Shown: in pieces, positions 1 through 11,391 of the stretch
How positions within the stretch are numbered: the stretch's first letter is position 1
Layout of the letters: each line of letters starts with the position of its first letter
Origin: Lytechinus pictus
Lineage: Eukaryota
Length of the DNA stretch: 64,000 nt
Assembly: GCF_037042905.1 (NCBI RefSeq)
Contig: NC_087245.1
Span: 41,046,001 to 41,110,000 of the forward strand
Direction: 5' to 3'
Notes under the pieces: generated by a model
The model's database searches: none
Told to the model about the DNA's origin: nothing
Seen by the model: only the letters and a program-made list of their open reading frames with translations
Made by a program: the position numbers and the translations under genes

Positions 1-1201
1 GGGAGTGAATGTGTCGCTCCCTCGCACATATTCCAAAATATTTTGACTGACCCTGGGTAAATAAAATAAACAATTACAAAAACAAAAATGTTGTTTTTAA
101 TCTGAGACTTTTTAATGCCCCTCGAAAGTTCACCTGCTTTCTCACTCTCCCCCTCTCTATCTTTGTTTTTATTCATTTTCATTTTACAATTCTTTCTTTC
201 TCTTTTGATATCTATAAAGTTCAGATTCACCCTCTCTAACTTGCACTATTCCAAGCCCCCGCCCCATTGGTATCCACAGGAATGGGGGGAGGGGGGCTTA
301 CCCCCTGGAAAATAAATTCACACAAAAGAAAAATGTGAAAATAAAAATGGATAAAGACAAATAATCCTCTGCGCATGTCTAACCAGCCAATACAGTTCAT
401 TCAGAATTTAACTCTTACAACACCTAAATTCTACCATATTATCAGTTTACCATGATTATAGAAAACGCATATTTCCTATGCCATTTTTAAACAAGTCCCT
501 ATCGCTCGGGAGTGAACGTGTCGCGCACCAGCACAAATTCGAAAAATATTTTGATTGACCTGCTTTCTGGTTTTTTTTATCGGATGCTTTGCTCCCTCAC
601 ACATACCACAATTTTTGTCCCTCTTTCCTTTTACTTCTGCTTGGTCACTTTGCTCCCTCTCACATATTCTCGAAATATTTTGGCCCCTGCATTTGTTCTT
701 CTCGTCACTTTGCTCTCTCACATATGTCCCCAGAATAATTTTTCTGCTCGGTCGCTTCGCTCCCTTGAACATATCCTAAAAATGTTTTGCTCCCCCTGCA
801 TTTTTTTCTGCAGACAGCCAATCCATTTCTCATCCAACCTCTCTCTCTCTCCAATACCTTGAAATGAGGGGGGGGGGGGGGTACTTTTGATATGAGAGTG
901 TCTGAACAGTTGAAAATAAGTAAAATATAATTTGGCTTTTTTGTTTGTTTAGTTAATATTTTCTGAATGAGTGTATCTTACAAAAGGATTATACCCATTT
1001 CATTACATACAACATACACATATTTTGAGAAATACCAACAGAAAAAACATGTACTATTCATTACTGTCCAAATCCTCAAAAAAAATTATGGTAATGTTCG
1101 CTTTCTCAGGCATTCATCAAAGGCTCCCCCACACCTGTCTCTCTTTCTCTATCACCCTCAATCTCAATTCATCTTTTTGTCTCTATCCAACAGCTCATTA
1201 G

Positions 1202-1808
1202 TAAAGGTCAAGTTTACCCAAGAAAATTGTTGGTTCAGTTAAATTGAGAAAAGTCAAACTAGCATAACGCTGAAAATTTCATCAAAATGGGATGTAAACT
1301 AAGAAAGTTATGGCATTTTAAATTTTCACTTATTTTTCACAAAACAAAAATATTTACAACTCAGTGACATGCAAATGAGACAGTCGATAATGTCCCTCAC
1401 TCACTGTTTATTTTGTTTTTTATTGTTTGAATTATACAATATTTCATTTTTTACAGATTTTACCATAAGGACAAACTTTACTGAACCAAAAAAGTATTGA
1501 ATAATGCTAATTCCACATGATCAGGGAGGAATAAAATTTTGTTTAACATGACAAGGAGAAAATTAGAATATACCTTATTCTATATATCAAATGAAATAGT
1601 GAGTGGATGACGTCATCAGTCTCCTCATTTGCATACTGACTGTGTACAGAATGTGCATATAACTCTTTTGTAAAATTTAGCAAAATTTTTTAATGTCATA
1701 ACTTTCTTATTTTACATCCGATTTTTTATCAAATTTTCAGTGTTATGCTTGTTGGATTTTTCTCTTTTTATTCATATCAACAATTTTTGGGGTGGACTTG
1801 TCCTTTAT
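1202..1808. mobile_element. Degenerate Kolobok-like non-autonomous DNA transposon (MITE)
   Basis: Ends (T)AAAGGTCAAGTTTACCC ... GGGTGGACTTGTCCTTTA form imperfect TIRs at eroded TTAA-like sites. Internal inverted subterminal motifs resemble those of 33209-33740. Confidence 0.55.
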
Positions 1809-2089
1809 CTGTCCCCCTTGCTCTATCCTGTTCTATTCTTCTGTCATCTTGCCGTCATTCCTACTTTTCACAAACTTTTTTCTCTTCTGACATTCTAAGT
1901 CAGAATGAATATACTGTAAGACATCATTTTTGCAACACGTTCAAATTTAATGAATTCACTTTTGTTACATGCCCACTGATAAACTATTTCATTGAGCTAT
2001 TTTAAATAATCAGAATGCACATTGGGGTAATTATTTGTTGTAAAGTTTTGCAAGTTATGTTTGTCCAAACTTAAGAGCAAGTAATGTAC

Positions 2090-2308
2090 ACGGCGGGACT
2101 TCTCGAGTGTGGTTTTCAGCCTCTTCTCCAAGTTCTTAATACAGTCCATTATTGCTGTTATCTTCCACTTTACCTCTCTTGGACTTTCTGATATTGAGTA
2201 GGAGTGGTCCTCGAGAAATGAAGGTGCTGAAGACTTTGCAGTATCTGGGAGGTTGTTTGCTGAATCAAAACGTCTTTCTTTCGGGGAATTCCTTGGCTTG
2301 GGTGAATT
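2090..2308 (-). pseudogene. THAP-domain pseudogene, exon 3 (HCF-binding DHSY motif plus coiled coil)
   Basis: After acceptor TACAG (AG at 2310-2309) it reads NSPKPRNSPKERR...EDHSYSISESPREVKWKITAIMDCIKNLEKRLKTTLEKSRR. D/EHxY followed by a coiled coil is typical of THAP proteins. The 3' boundary is uncertain; the frame stays open to a TAG at 1999-1997. Confidence 0.7.
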
Positions 2309-3037
2309 CTGTACGAGATGAATGAATTAAAAAAAAGAAACATATAAGAAATATTGAACAAAAACAGATAGAAGAATGAAAAGATTGCTTTAAATTTTTC
2401 AATTAAATATTTGATAATACATGAAGAATAATATTTATTTAGGAATCAAACCTTTTCCAGTGACTTGCAACAAAATAAATGTTTTTTTTTAATATAATAT
2501 TCATGATGATATATTAACCCTATCTAGCCCCTGGGGGGGGGGGGCTTAATAAGCCCCCCCCCCCCCCCATCCACATTTTTCACGATAAGTCCACACTGAG
2601 AAACGAGGTACCACAATTTTCTTTTTCGTTCAATTCTCGCAGAGCTTTTAGACAAAATTCGAGACGCCCAGATACGCAGTTACGCAACATTTTATGAGTT
2701 CATGTTGGACCGAAAATTGCTCAAAAATATTATTTTGTATACATATTTAATCCAATGGAAATTCTATTTTCAGTCATAATTGACAAATGCATCATTATTC
2801 TTGCACTAATTGGTTGGAAATAATCAAATCTTGCTTTTTATAATTGGAATAGTGCCACGAAGTGATCCCATTGAAAAAAAACTATAAAATACATAAGGCC
2901 CCAAAACAAAGAAATACGTATGGAATTATAGAACCAATAAAATACATAAAAGTAGAAATTTGATTTACCATTTCTTCAGGAGCACATTTGTTTAGAAATC
3001 ATAGAATTTGGGGAATTATTAAGGGATTTATCTTTAA

Positions 3038-3874
3038 CCCTAAATAGACTGGGCTATTTCGACGCCTAAGAAGACGGGGGGGGGGGGCTGATTCAGCCCC
3101 CCTTATGATCTTGGCCGTTGATCTCGCAATCGCGACGAAAATTGGCACGCGCGTTACCCATGGCATTATCTACAATACCATAATATCAAAATCTGCGAAA
3201 AATCTCATTGCTCATTATGTTAATTAATGCGTAAAATCATAAGTTTGCTCTAATTAACAAAATAATGCCCCTAAAATGCTCATTTTTGTTTCACTTACTC
3301 TTTATAGGCATCTGATTAAATTAATTTTTAAAAAAGTTGTCAACATCACATTCATTTTTTATGTATTTTATTGTTTTCTAAATTTCTTATGTATTTCTGT
3401 GTTTTTCGACTTTTTGTTTTTTATTGTTTTTTCAATGGAAATTGTCGGAGACGTTTTTTTTTACCATAAACAAGATAAAATTAATTGATTTTGAGCAGTA
3501 AAAGGAAAAATATGATACATTTTATAAATTTTGGCTAAAAACACTACTTGCATTGGATTTGTACACAAATACACGTTTTTGAGCAATTTTGGTTCTGCAT
3601 GCAGTTACGAAATGTTGCGTAATTTCGGAACCCTGTACCTGGGGGTCACAATTTTGGTCTCAAAAGTTGCGCAAGACTTGAAAGTAAAAAGTCAACGAGT
3701 GACGCCGTCAAAAAAATGTCGAGCTCCATGCTTGCAGATTACATTGATGGTGACGTGTGCATCGGTTTTCGTTGCGATCGACAGTGCATGGAGATCTGAA
3801 GAGGGGGACCAAAAAGCCCCCCCCCCCCCCCCGGGCTATGCAATCTCAAAGTAGCCCAGGATTATTATGTAGGG
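3038..3874. mobile_element. piggyBac-like MITE, next to or nested in a related element starting at about 2518
   Basis: TTAA|CCCTAAATAGACTGGGCTA ... TAGCCCAGGATTATTATGTAGGG|TAAA. Another TTAA|CCCT end at 2514-2521 and related internal sequence at about 43803-44000. Confidence 0.6.
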
Positions 3875-4092
3875 TAAACCAAATTTTTAATATATTTGTT
3901 CATTTAGTAAGAGTTTACTGTAAATACACAGTATAGGCCCAGGTCCATGGTTACCCTCCCAAATAGGATAATTTTCATCTCTATTTGGCTACTGAAAATG
4001 GAATATTTAAAGCAATGTTCTATCAAACCAAAGGTAGATAATACAGAGAAAATATTTCTTTAGAACACATGTATGATATAGATCTACTGTAC

Positions 4093-4302
4093 CTTCTGAA
4101 GACGAGGCAGGAAATCAAACATGGTTGGGACAGCATCCTGTCTAAGACGAGTCACTTGCCCAGTCCTGTCAAAGCAACCATCTTCAAAATGGTCAGAACG
4201 GAGTACAGAGCTCTTGGACGAATTCAATGAAGCTCGCTTCATATTGACCATCCATACTGTGTTACAGACAGTACAGGTTCAGTCCAACGGCTGAATGGGA
4301 AT
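4093..4302 (-). pseudogene. THAP-domain pseudogene, exon 2 (frameshifted, Zn-ligand Cys changed to Arg)
   Basis: AG/GT-bounded exon reading FPFSR.. then, after a frameshift, ..VWMVNMKR...VLRSDHFEDGCFDRTGQVTRLRQDAVPTMFDFLPRLQK. THAP signatures FP, W, (C)SxHF and AVPT-x-F are present; LCS appears as LRS. Confidence 0.8.
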
Positions 4303-4350
4303 CTGCAGCAAATGTAAACACATGTCATAAAATCAATTACACATAATTAA

Positions 4351-5296
4351 GAAAATTTGACTTGTCCAAAGGACACAGATGCCCCCGCTTAAAGGGGAAT
4401 CCAACCCAAATAAAAAATTGTTTTTATAAGGAAAAGAAAAATCAGACAAGTTGATAGGTGAAAGTTTGAACAATATTGGACAAACAACAAGAAAGTTATG
4501 AATTTTTAAAAGTTGTAAATATTGGTAATCACTGTACCCATGGAGACTTCAAATTGGCTGCATATGGGATGTCATAGTGATGTAAGGCAAGGACTACTCT
4601 TCCATGTACTCCAATTCATATTATGGCGAAAATGTGATTTTTTATTCCAAAAGTTTTATTTCAAATTAATATTTTTCTTTCATGAGGACATAAAACAATA
4701 TACTACCTGGGTTATATTTAGATTACTACCCCAGGGGAATGGGTACTTAGGAGAAAACCACTAATCCCTGATAATAAAGTACATGGCCTATGGGAAAGTT
4801 GTCCTTGCCCCTTGTCATAATTTACTTATCCAGTTGCCAATTTGAAATCTACATAGTATTAGTGATCTCAATTTTAAAGCAGCTATAACTTTCTTATTGC
4901 TTGTCTGATTTCTTTCAAACTTTCACCATTCTGTTTAATTTATTTTTCTCCTTCCCAACACAACATTTAATGGCCAAGGCTGGATTCCCCTTTAACGCGA
5001 TCAGAAATCCATTCAATATGATTGAACTTAATATCATGCAGAAACCAATATGCATATATATAATTAATTAACAAATTTAGACCTTTGAACCGACTTGCAT
5101 ATATAATGAGATGTGACCTTTGACCTGCGTACACCGAATTCGAACTTAGCCTGTATTTTGTGGTCATCTACCTACACACCAAAATTTTTTAAAATCCATT
5201 AAATATTTTTCGAGTTATTGCGCAGAAACCAAGTGGGGGGACGGACAGGGGCAACGCTTACTGCCCCTTCCGGGCTTCGTCTGCTGGGGCATAAAA
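4351..5296 (-). mobile_element. Helentron-associated (HINE/DINE-1-like) non-autonomous element, interrupted by a Kolobok-like MITE
   Basis: Minus strand begins TTTTTATGCCCC, then a hairpin and a CTGTCCGTC motif. The other end has the inverted GCGGGGGCAT and a short stem. Shares the TGACCTTTGACCTGC...GAATTCGAACTTAGCC core with 7980-8668. Confidence 0.55.
4393..4991. mobile_element. Kolobok-like MITE (TTAA TSD), copy 1
   Basis: TTAA|AGGGGAATCCA ... TGGATTCCCCT|TTAA. Near-identical inverted copy at 31695-32295. Confidence 0.85.
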
Positions 5297-6079
5297 ACTC
5301 TAGGCCTACTCAGCAGGGGCCCATTTCTCATTACCTGGACAAGTTAGTCATATATCTTTATCTATTAAACACAGAGTTAGTTCCAATCTTACCCAAAAGG
5401 ATTAACTAGAATCCATTGATATCGTCATATTGATACTATTGGTGGAACAAAAATAGCATAATTTTCAAAAAGTAAAATTATGATAAAACTTACAATTATT
5501 GTGATGAATTTGGAAATACATCCTATCAAAATAATAGCAGAGGCGAAATATGCATAAAACATACTCAAACATGCAGACATGGGCATTAAATTGCTGATGA
5601 AATGAAATTATCAGTAATTCATTTCATGACAAAAAAAAATCACATGTATGTGGACATTGAGATGGGTATCCCCAGATATAAAATTTGAATAGTTTAAGTA
5701 AACCATACAGGCTTTCTTCCTAAAATGATGTTAATTATACAGGTTTTTAGGATTCCAAACACCATCAAAATATTATCATCATGAATAAACTCTTTAGATA
5801 CCGAAACACACGATTTTATAAATTCTATGCGTATATTAGAGAGAGAAGGGTCTGAAAGCGACGAGTACGAGTCCAATTATGGATGGCCTGAAGTGGTAGA
5901 ATCTTTGTCAATTCAATTATTTTACTACTTTAAAATGAATGGTTTTGTGATGTTTTACCAACACTTGTTATAATTCTGTGCATTACAATTACTATTGAAT
6001 GATTTATCCCACTTGTGTACAATATAATTCATTTTCTATGAATTATTATGTAATATTATAATTTTCGAATTTCGAGGCT

Positions 6080-8668
6080 CATTTGCATGTATTATGGTGT
6101 CATCTATCTAAACACCCAATTTTTAAAAAATCTGTTGAAATTTTATAAGTTATTATGAGGATACCAACTCGCATATTTAATGACCCTGTGTAGTGGTCCA
6201 CCTGCATTCCCCCAACCAGTTATCGGGAGGAGAGACCTGCGGGTCACAGTTCTGTGTGCGCGCCCTTGTAGGCGACCCAGATTGGCTGGCTCCTCCAATA
6301 TGCCTTTGAATGTCTTTGACAGATATATGGTGCTATAAAAATGCAGTGGCGTAACAGGCGGGGGGGCAGGGGGGCAAGTTACCCCCCCCCCCTGGCGGAT
6401 TTCACCGGGAAAATTAAAAAACAACGGGAAAAAGAAAAAAAGGAGGGAGAAAGAAAGGGAAAGGGGAAGGAAAGGGGAAAGAAAAGGAGGAAAGGGAAAT
6501 GGAAAGAGAAAAGGAAAAAGACAACGAAGAAAAAACTGTTTTTAGTAAAAAAGGGAGGAAAGCGGGAAAATGTACGATAGAATTAACATTTGAAAAAGAA
6601 CAAATCATTGAGAAAAGGGCCTATGTAATGCAATAGCACGGTGGGAAATAAATTAAAAGATGACAAAATGGCAAACAATAGCGGGAAACGAAGGTAGAAT
6701 GTAATTAGTCAAGAGCTAAATTAGAAAACAAAGAAAAGGAACAAGAAAAAAAATAACACGACCGGGCTGCTGATGATTGAAATTAAAGAGCGGGAAGAAA
6801 GATGGACTGCATACAACATTGTGCTATAAGTTTTCTAAATTTTATGCAAATAAGCTACCGGGGCTTTGCCCCAGACCCCACAAAGTAGGGGCTCTTCATT
6901 TATAATCTTCAAATGGCTCTATAACGCCCCCGTTCAATCACGTTCAATCACTGCCATACAGGCGGGGGGGGGGTCGTGGTTCCACACCCAAGAGGATATA
7001 AAAGAAATTTTATAGGAGACAACGTACATGACGTATAATGAAATGAATAAAAACAAGGAAATGTGTTATTTGCTGATAATAATGGAAAAATCTATCACAT
7101 AATTAGATTTTAATTTCAATAGGCAATTTTTTCCAGCTCGCTTTGCACACTGGCGACTTTTTACAAATTTTTCCCACATTTCTATGTTTTGCCCCCTCAA
7201 AATATTTGGTTCATTACGCAACTGGGTTGAATAAATGTGTTGTGTAAAAGCTATATTATGCCCGCGATTTGATTAAAATTGGGGAAATCTGCAAGGTTTA
7301 AATGGCTTTGATATCAAGAAGTTCCTGGGGCTCTGCCCTGGACCCCAAACACACAGCACTGCGTATGGAAGGGTTGGGCCATGGCCCCAAAAAGTTCTAC
7401 AGCCAAGAACAAAAAAAAGGAGGAATTACCTCCTTTTTTGTTGGAAAAGTATTGTAGGATATGATTTTAATTACTGAATATGTTAAAAAATAGCTCAAAG
7501 TTAGATTCTCATGAAAAGTTGATTTTTTTTCTCGCTTGCTTCGCTCGCTCAGGACTTATATATATAAAGCAGCCTTTTGGCACATGTTCTATACTGCGCT
7601 CCTCGTTGTTTTTTTGTTTTGTTTTTTACTCTTCACGCTACTGCCGCAAAGAATCCTCTTCACAGTGGCGTACAGACCACCGTGACAAAAAAGGAATCTA
7701 AAGAGAGAAGAATTAAATAAATTTATTATCTGGATATCATGTCAAAATCTATCACAAAATTGGATTTTTGTATTAAAAAGGTATTAAAAAAATTGCTCGC
7801 TCGCTTCGCTCGCTCGCAACTTTTTTTAAAGGTAAGTTCTGGCCTTCTCAAAATAGTCGCCTTACTACACCATTACGCCTATATTCATACCATGATATGA
7901 CCGGGAAATTTTTGGCTCTTGCCCCCCCCCCCCCCTGGCCACCGAACCCTGTTACGCCGCTGTAAAAATGCTGTGCATCATCATCATCTACCTACACACC
8001 CAAATTTTTTAAAAATCTGTTGAATATTTCATAAGATATCTTTAAGGAGCTGTGATCTTTGACCTGCATACTCCGAATTCGAACTTAGCCTGTATTGGTA
8101 TCATCTACCTACACACTCAAACTTGTTTAAATATGTAGAATATTTTATAACATGTAATCATGCGGAAACTAAATGGCATATTTAATGAGCCGTGAACTTT
8201 GACCTGCCGACTACGAATTCGAACTTGACCTGTATTTTGGTGTCGTCTACCTACACACTCAAATTCGTTTAAATATGTAGAATATTTCATAAGTAATCAT
8301 GCGGAAACTAAATTGCATATTTAATGAGCCGTGACCTTTGACCTGCCGACTCCGAACTTAGCCTGGATATGGTGTCATCTACCTACACACCCTAATTTTT
8401 ATAAATCTGTTGAATATTTCATAAGTCATCATGCGGAAACCAACTCGGATATTTCATGAGCTGTGACCTTGGACCTGCAGACTCCGAATTCAAAGTTAGC
8501 CTGTACTATGGTGTCATGTACCTACACACCAATTTTTTTTTAAATCAATATATATAAATCGAAATATATTTCGATTTATTGCGCGGAAACCAATTGGGGG
8601 GGGCGGGCGAATCAACGGACAGGGGCAACGCTTAATGCCCCCTCCGGACTTTGTCTGCGGGGGCATAA
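6080..8668 (-). mobile_element. HINE/Helentron-like element with ~120-bp internal tandem repeats, interrupted by a SINE 3' fragment and a hAT element
   Basis: About five tandem units (GACCTTTGACCTGC...CATCTACCTACACAC...) at 7980-8590. Terminal structure GGACAGGGGCAACGCTTAATGCCCC...GGGGGCATAA matches 5240-5295. Confidence 0.55.
6344..7962. mobile_element. Non-autonomous hAT-type DNA transposon
   Basis: TIR CAGTGGCGTAACAGG / CCTGTTACGCCGCTG; perfect 8-bp TSD TAAAAATG at 6336-6343 and 7963-7970. Confidence 0.85.
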
Positions 8669-9770
8669 TTACCGAGGAGCTGCATTTGAAGCGAGCCTGA
8701 ATCAAGGCTGTGAAATTTATTAGCGCCACCATCAGGCTTCCTTTTATTTGCGTAAAAAGAAGAGACACGCAAAGTCACTTTCTAGTCCAAACTCCAAAGT
8801 AATCAAATTTGCTTTTTTTTAAATATGATTTTGATTTAGGCCTAATTAAAAATATACTATTGACTTTTTGTATTATGGCTACTCACCGCAAAGCGCCCCG
8901 GTGAGTAGCGAGGAGTTTCGGCAAATATTAATTCTGTATTGTAATGAAGCGATGTTTGCCAACTTCACAGAAATCCAGGGCCAAATGCAGTTTGGTGTAC
9001 GAGGTTAGTACTATAGATCTATACATGTACTGTAGCAACTATATGTAGCCACTAACCTCGAACTAGTAATGAGTGGGGCCAGGGCTACCACAACTATACT
9101 AGTACAGCAGGCGATGGTTCGTGTAAGATCCACTACACTTCACTACTGCTAACCTCTGCTTCACCTATACTAATTAATGGCTGGCTATACGAACCATTGC
9201 CTGAGTTTTTTAGGCCTAGTCACTCAAGGGTTCATTAGACATTACATGCCGCCGCGCACAGAAAAATCAAGCAATAGAAGTTGTGTGTTGTGGACACCAG
9301 AAGTGGGATCACAGCACGCGTGACCCACTAGTTAGAAATCCATTGCCAAACGTGGTTAATGGTGCGAGGTTAGTATACTAATACTAACCTCGCAATACGC
9401 GTGAGTCACTGAGTGGAGTAGCCTAACGTTAGAGTTTCATACGGCATGTACGGCCAGGCATCAATAACTTTTGTTGTCATCCAATTTCAATGAAATTTTC
9501 AGCATTTTGCTCGGAATGAATTTTACATTATTTATTAAGATCAAGGCCTAAATATCTTCAACCTGTATAATTCATAACCATTTTACTTTTTAGGTGTGCA
9601 GAAAAGACCAACCCCCCCCCCCAATGGTCTGCTGACTACAGTACATAAACTTAAATACACGGGACTAGTATTGTTACACAGCTTTTTGCAAATGCAAGTT
9701 TGGTAACGACTAACGAATTCCCATTTTTTTTTCAACGTAATTTTGAAGTCGAAAACATAGCTGAACTTAC

Positions 9771-9831
9771 GAATGCAATGTCCGTCCACATCCTACCGAT
9801 TAGAGCAGTTGTATGCAGCTCATGTAGGCAT
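9771..9831 (-). pseudogene. THAP-domain pseudogene, exon 1
   Basis: ATG at 9831 gives MPT*AAYNCSNR*..., where the first THAP Cys codon is TGA. In a shifted frame it ends ..RTLH-TC|GTAAGT, a phase-2 donor matching the exon-2 acceptor (TC+A = Ser, then FP). Confidence 0.65.
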
Positions 9832-9971
9832 GAATAACGTGAAATCTAAGCTAATAAGTTCACCAACATGCCAATCTGAGCTGTGAAAAAGTGTGATCGT
9901 CCCGGAGCGAAAACAGCTTGAGCAAGGTGCAGCCAATCAGCGACCTTCTTATGTCCCCTTCGAGACAGAGG

Positions 9972-10575
9972 AGACGAAATGATTTTATGTCAAAAAGACT
10001 CAAAACACAAAATCATTTCGTCGACGAAATTTTTTTGTCTTTTGACACAAAATCATTTCGTCGACGAATTTTTTTTGTGTTTTGACGGTTTTGACAAAAT
10101 GATTTCGTCGACGGAATAGATTTTCGCATCGCAACGAAATAAATTTTGTGGACGCAATTACATTTAGTCTCGACGAAAATTGATTTTGTGTGACAAAAAA
10201 TAATTTCGTATACGAAATAAAACTGCGTCATGACGAAATGATTTTCATATGAACAAAAACACATTTTGTGTACGGAATGGCGTGAATTGGACGGAATTTA
10301 CCATCGGACATTTGGTGCGCCATTTCGTTTGATAAAAATTCATTTCGTATGGCACGCCAAATAAACTTTGTGGACGCAATTACATTTCGTCTAGACGAAA
10401 TTGATTTCGTGCATTTCGTCGAGACGAAATTGATTTTGTGTGACAAAAAATAAATTTTGTGTACGAAATAAAAAAGCGTCATGACGAAATGATTTTCGTC
10501 TGAATAAAAACACATTTTGTGTACGGAATGCCGTGATTTGGACGGAATTCACTGGCGGACACTTGGCGCCCCATA
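9972..10575. repeat. Repeat block rich in (C)GACGAAAT / ATTTCGTCG motifs with an internal ~200-bp duplication
   Basis: Many ATTTCGTCGACGAAAT palindromes; about 10135-10325 is repeated at about 10360-10570. Probably a truncated transposon subterminal array. Confidence 0.7.
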
Positions 10576-10667
10576 AACGTGTACCTCGAAGACGCTGACA
10601 TCAATCATGAAATCGTGTCCGATCTCACGGACAGATTAGAAAATGGCATAGATTTTCGGAAAGCCGT

Positions 10668-11307
10668 TGAAGCGGGGGCTGGTTTATAAGTTGAAATGGT
10701 AATAAGCCAATCTCCACTTACCGACTTTATGCGTGTAGAGATCCGACAGACAATCCTCCAATATAACAAAGTGTTCCAATTATTGCACAATCCCAATGAC
10801 ACAAAATCACACAAGATTATATCACAAAAATAACTTGGCTAGCACAAGCGGTATTTGGATTTTCTCTTAGTGAAAATAACGGAGAAAAAAGGGTAGTACG
10901 CAAATTTGAAATGGTATGCTGTGGAAGATGCAATGGATGAATTTGCTCCAAGTGAGATGATGGAATCCACAAATGTATTAAGTTATTTGACGACGTTCTC
11001 AAGACACGTGTTTACTGAAGAAGAAAACTTTGAGAAGTGTATCCGAAAAGAAAGTTGTAGTTTTCATCCCAAATGTGATGTAGGATGTAAACAAAGAGAG
11101 AGGGGAGAGAGAGGTACCAATTCAGAGAATTTATAGTGAGTCACAGGTGAGTGTGCTGTGTGAGGGTCATTATTGACCACTTGTTGGCATGTTTATTGTC
11201 AGGGAGTGGAAGTAACTGGTATCCAAGGGTAATGTCCTCTCAAAGATGATGAGTAATAGAAGGCAAAGTTGAGAAATGAAAAAGGATGAAATTTGGAAAA
11301 TACTACA
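10668..11307 (-). repeat. 3' LTR (640 bp)
   Basis: Direct repeat of 14979-15619; by eye about 2 substitutions and one 1-nt indel in an A run. Confidence 0.95.
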
Positions 11308-11322
11308 TCAGCCCCCTCCTAG
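11308..11322 (-). promoter_or_regulatory. Polypurine tract (plus-strand primer)
   Basis: Minus strand reads TAGGAGGGGGCTGA immediately before the 3' LTR start TGTAGTA. Confidence 0.8.
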
Positions 11323-11391
11323 ATCGTTGAATAAAATGAAACGGTCGATAACAAAGAAAATAGTAATAGTCCAAATGAAGAAAATAATTTC

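Noticed and set aside
5683..5900. Possible minus-strand L1/Tx1 3' fragment
   Set aside because: Only weak resemblance (GILKTCIINIILGRKPVW); too degraded to call.
6341..6608. Lys/Arg-rich and Phe-rich ORFs (also 59179-59628 and 40275-40505)
   Set aside because: Translations of purine or pyrimidine tracts inside non-autonomous transposons.
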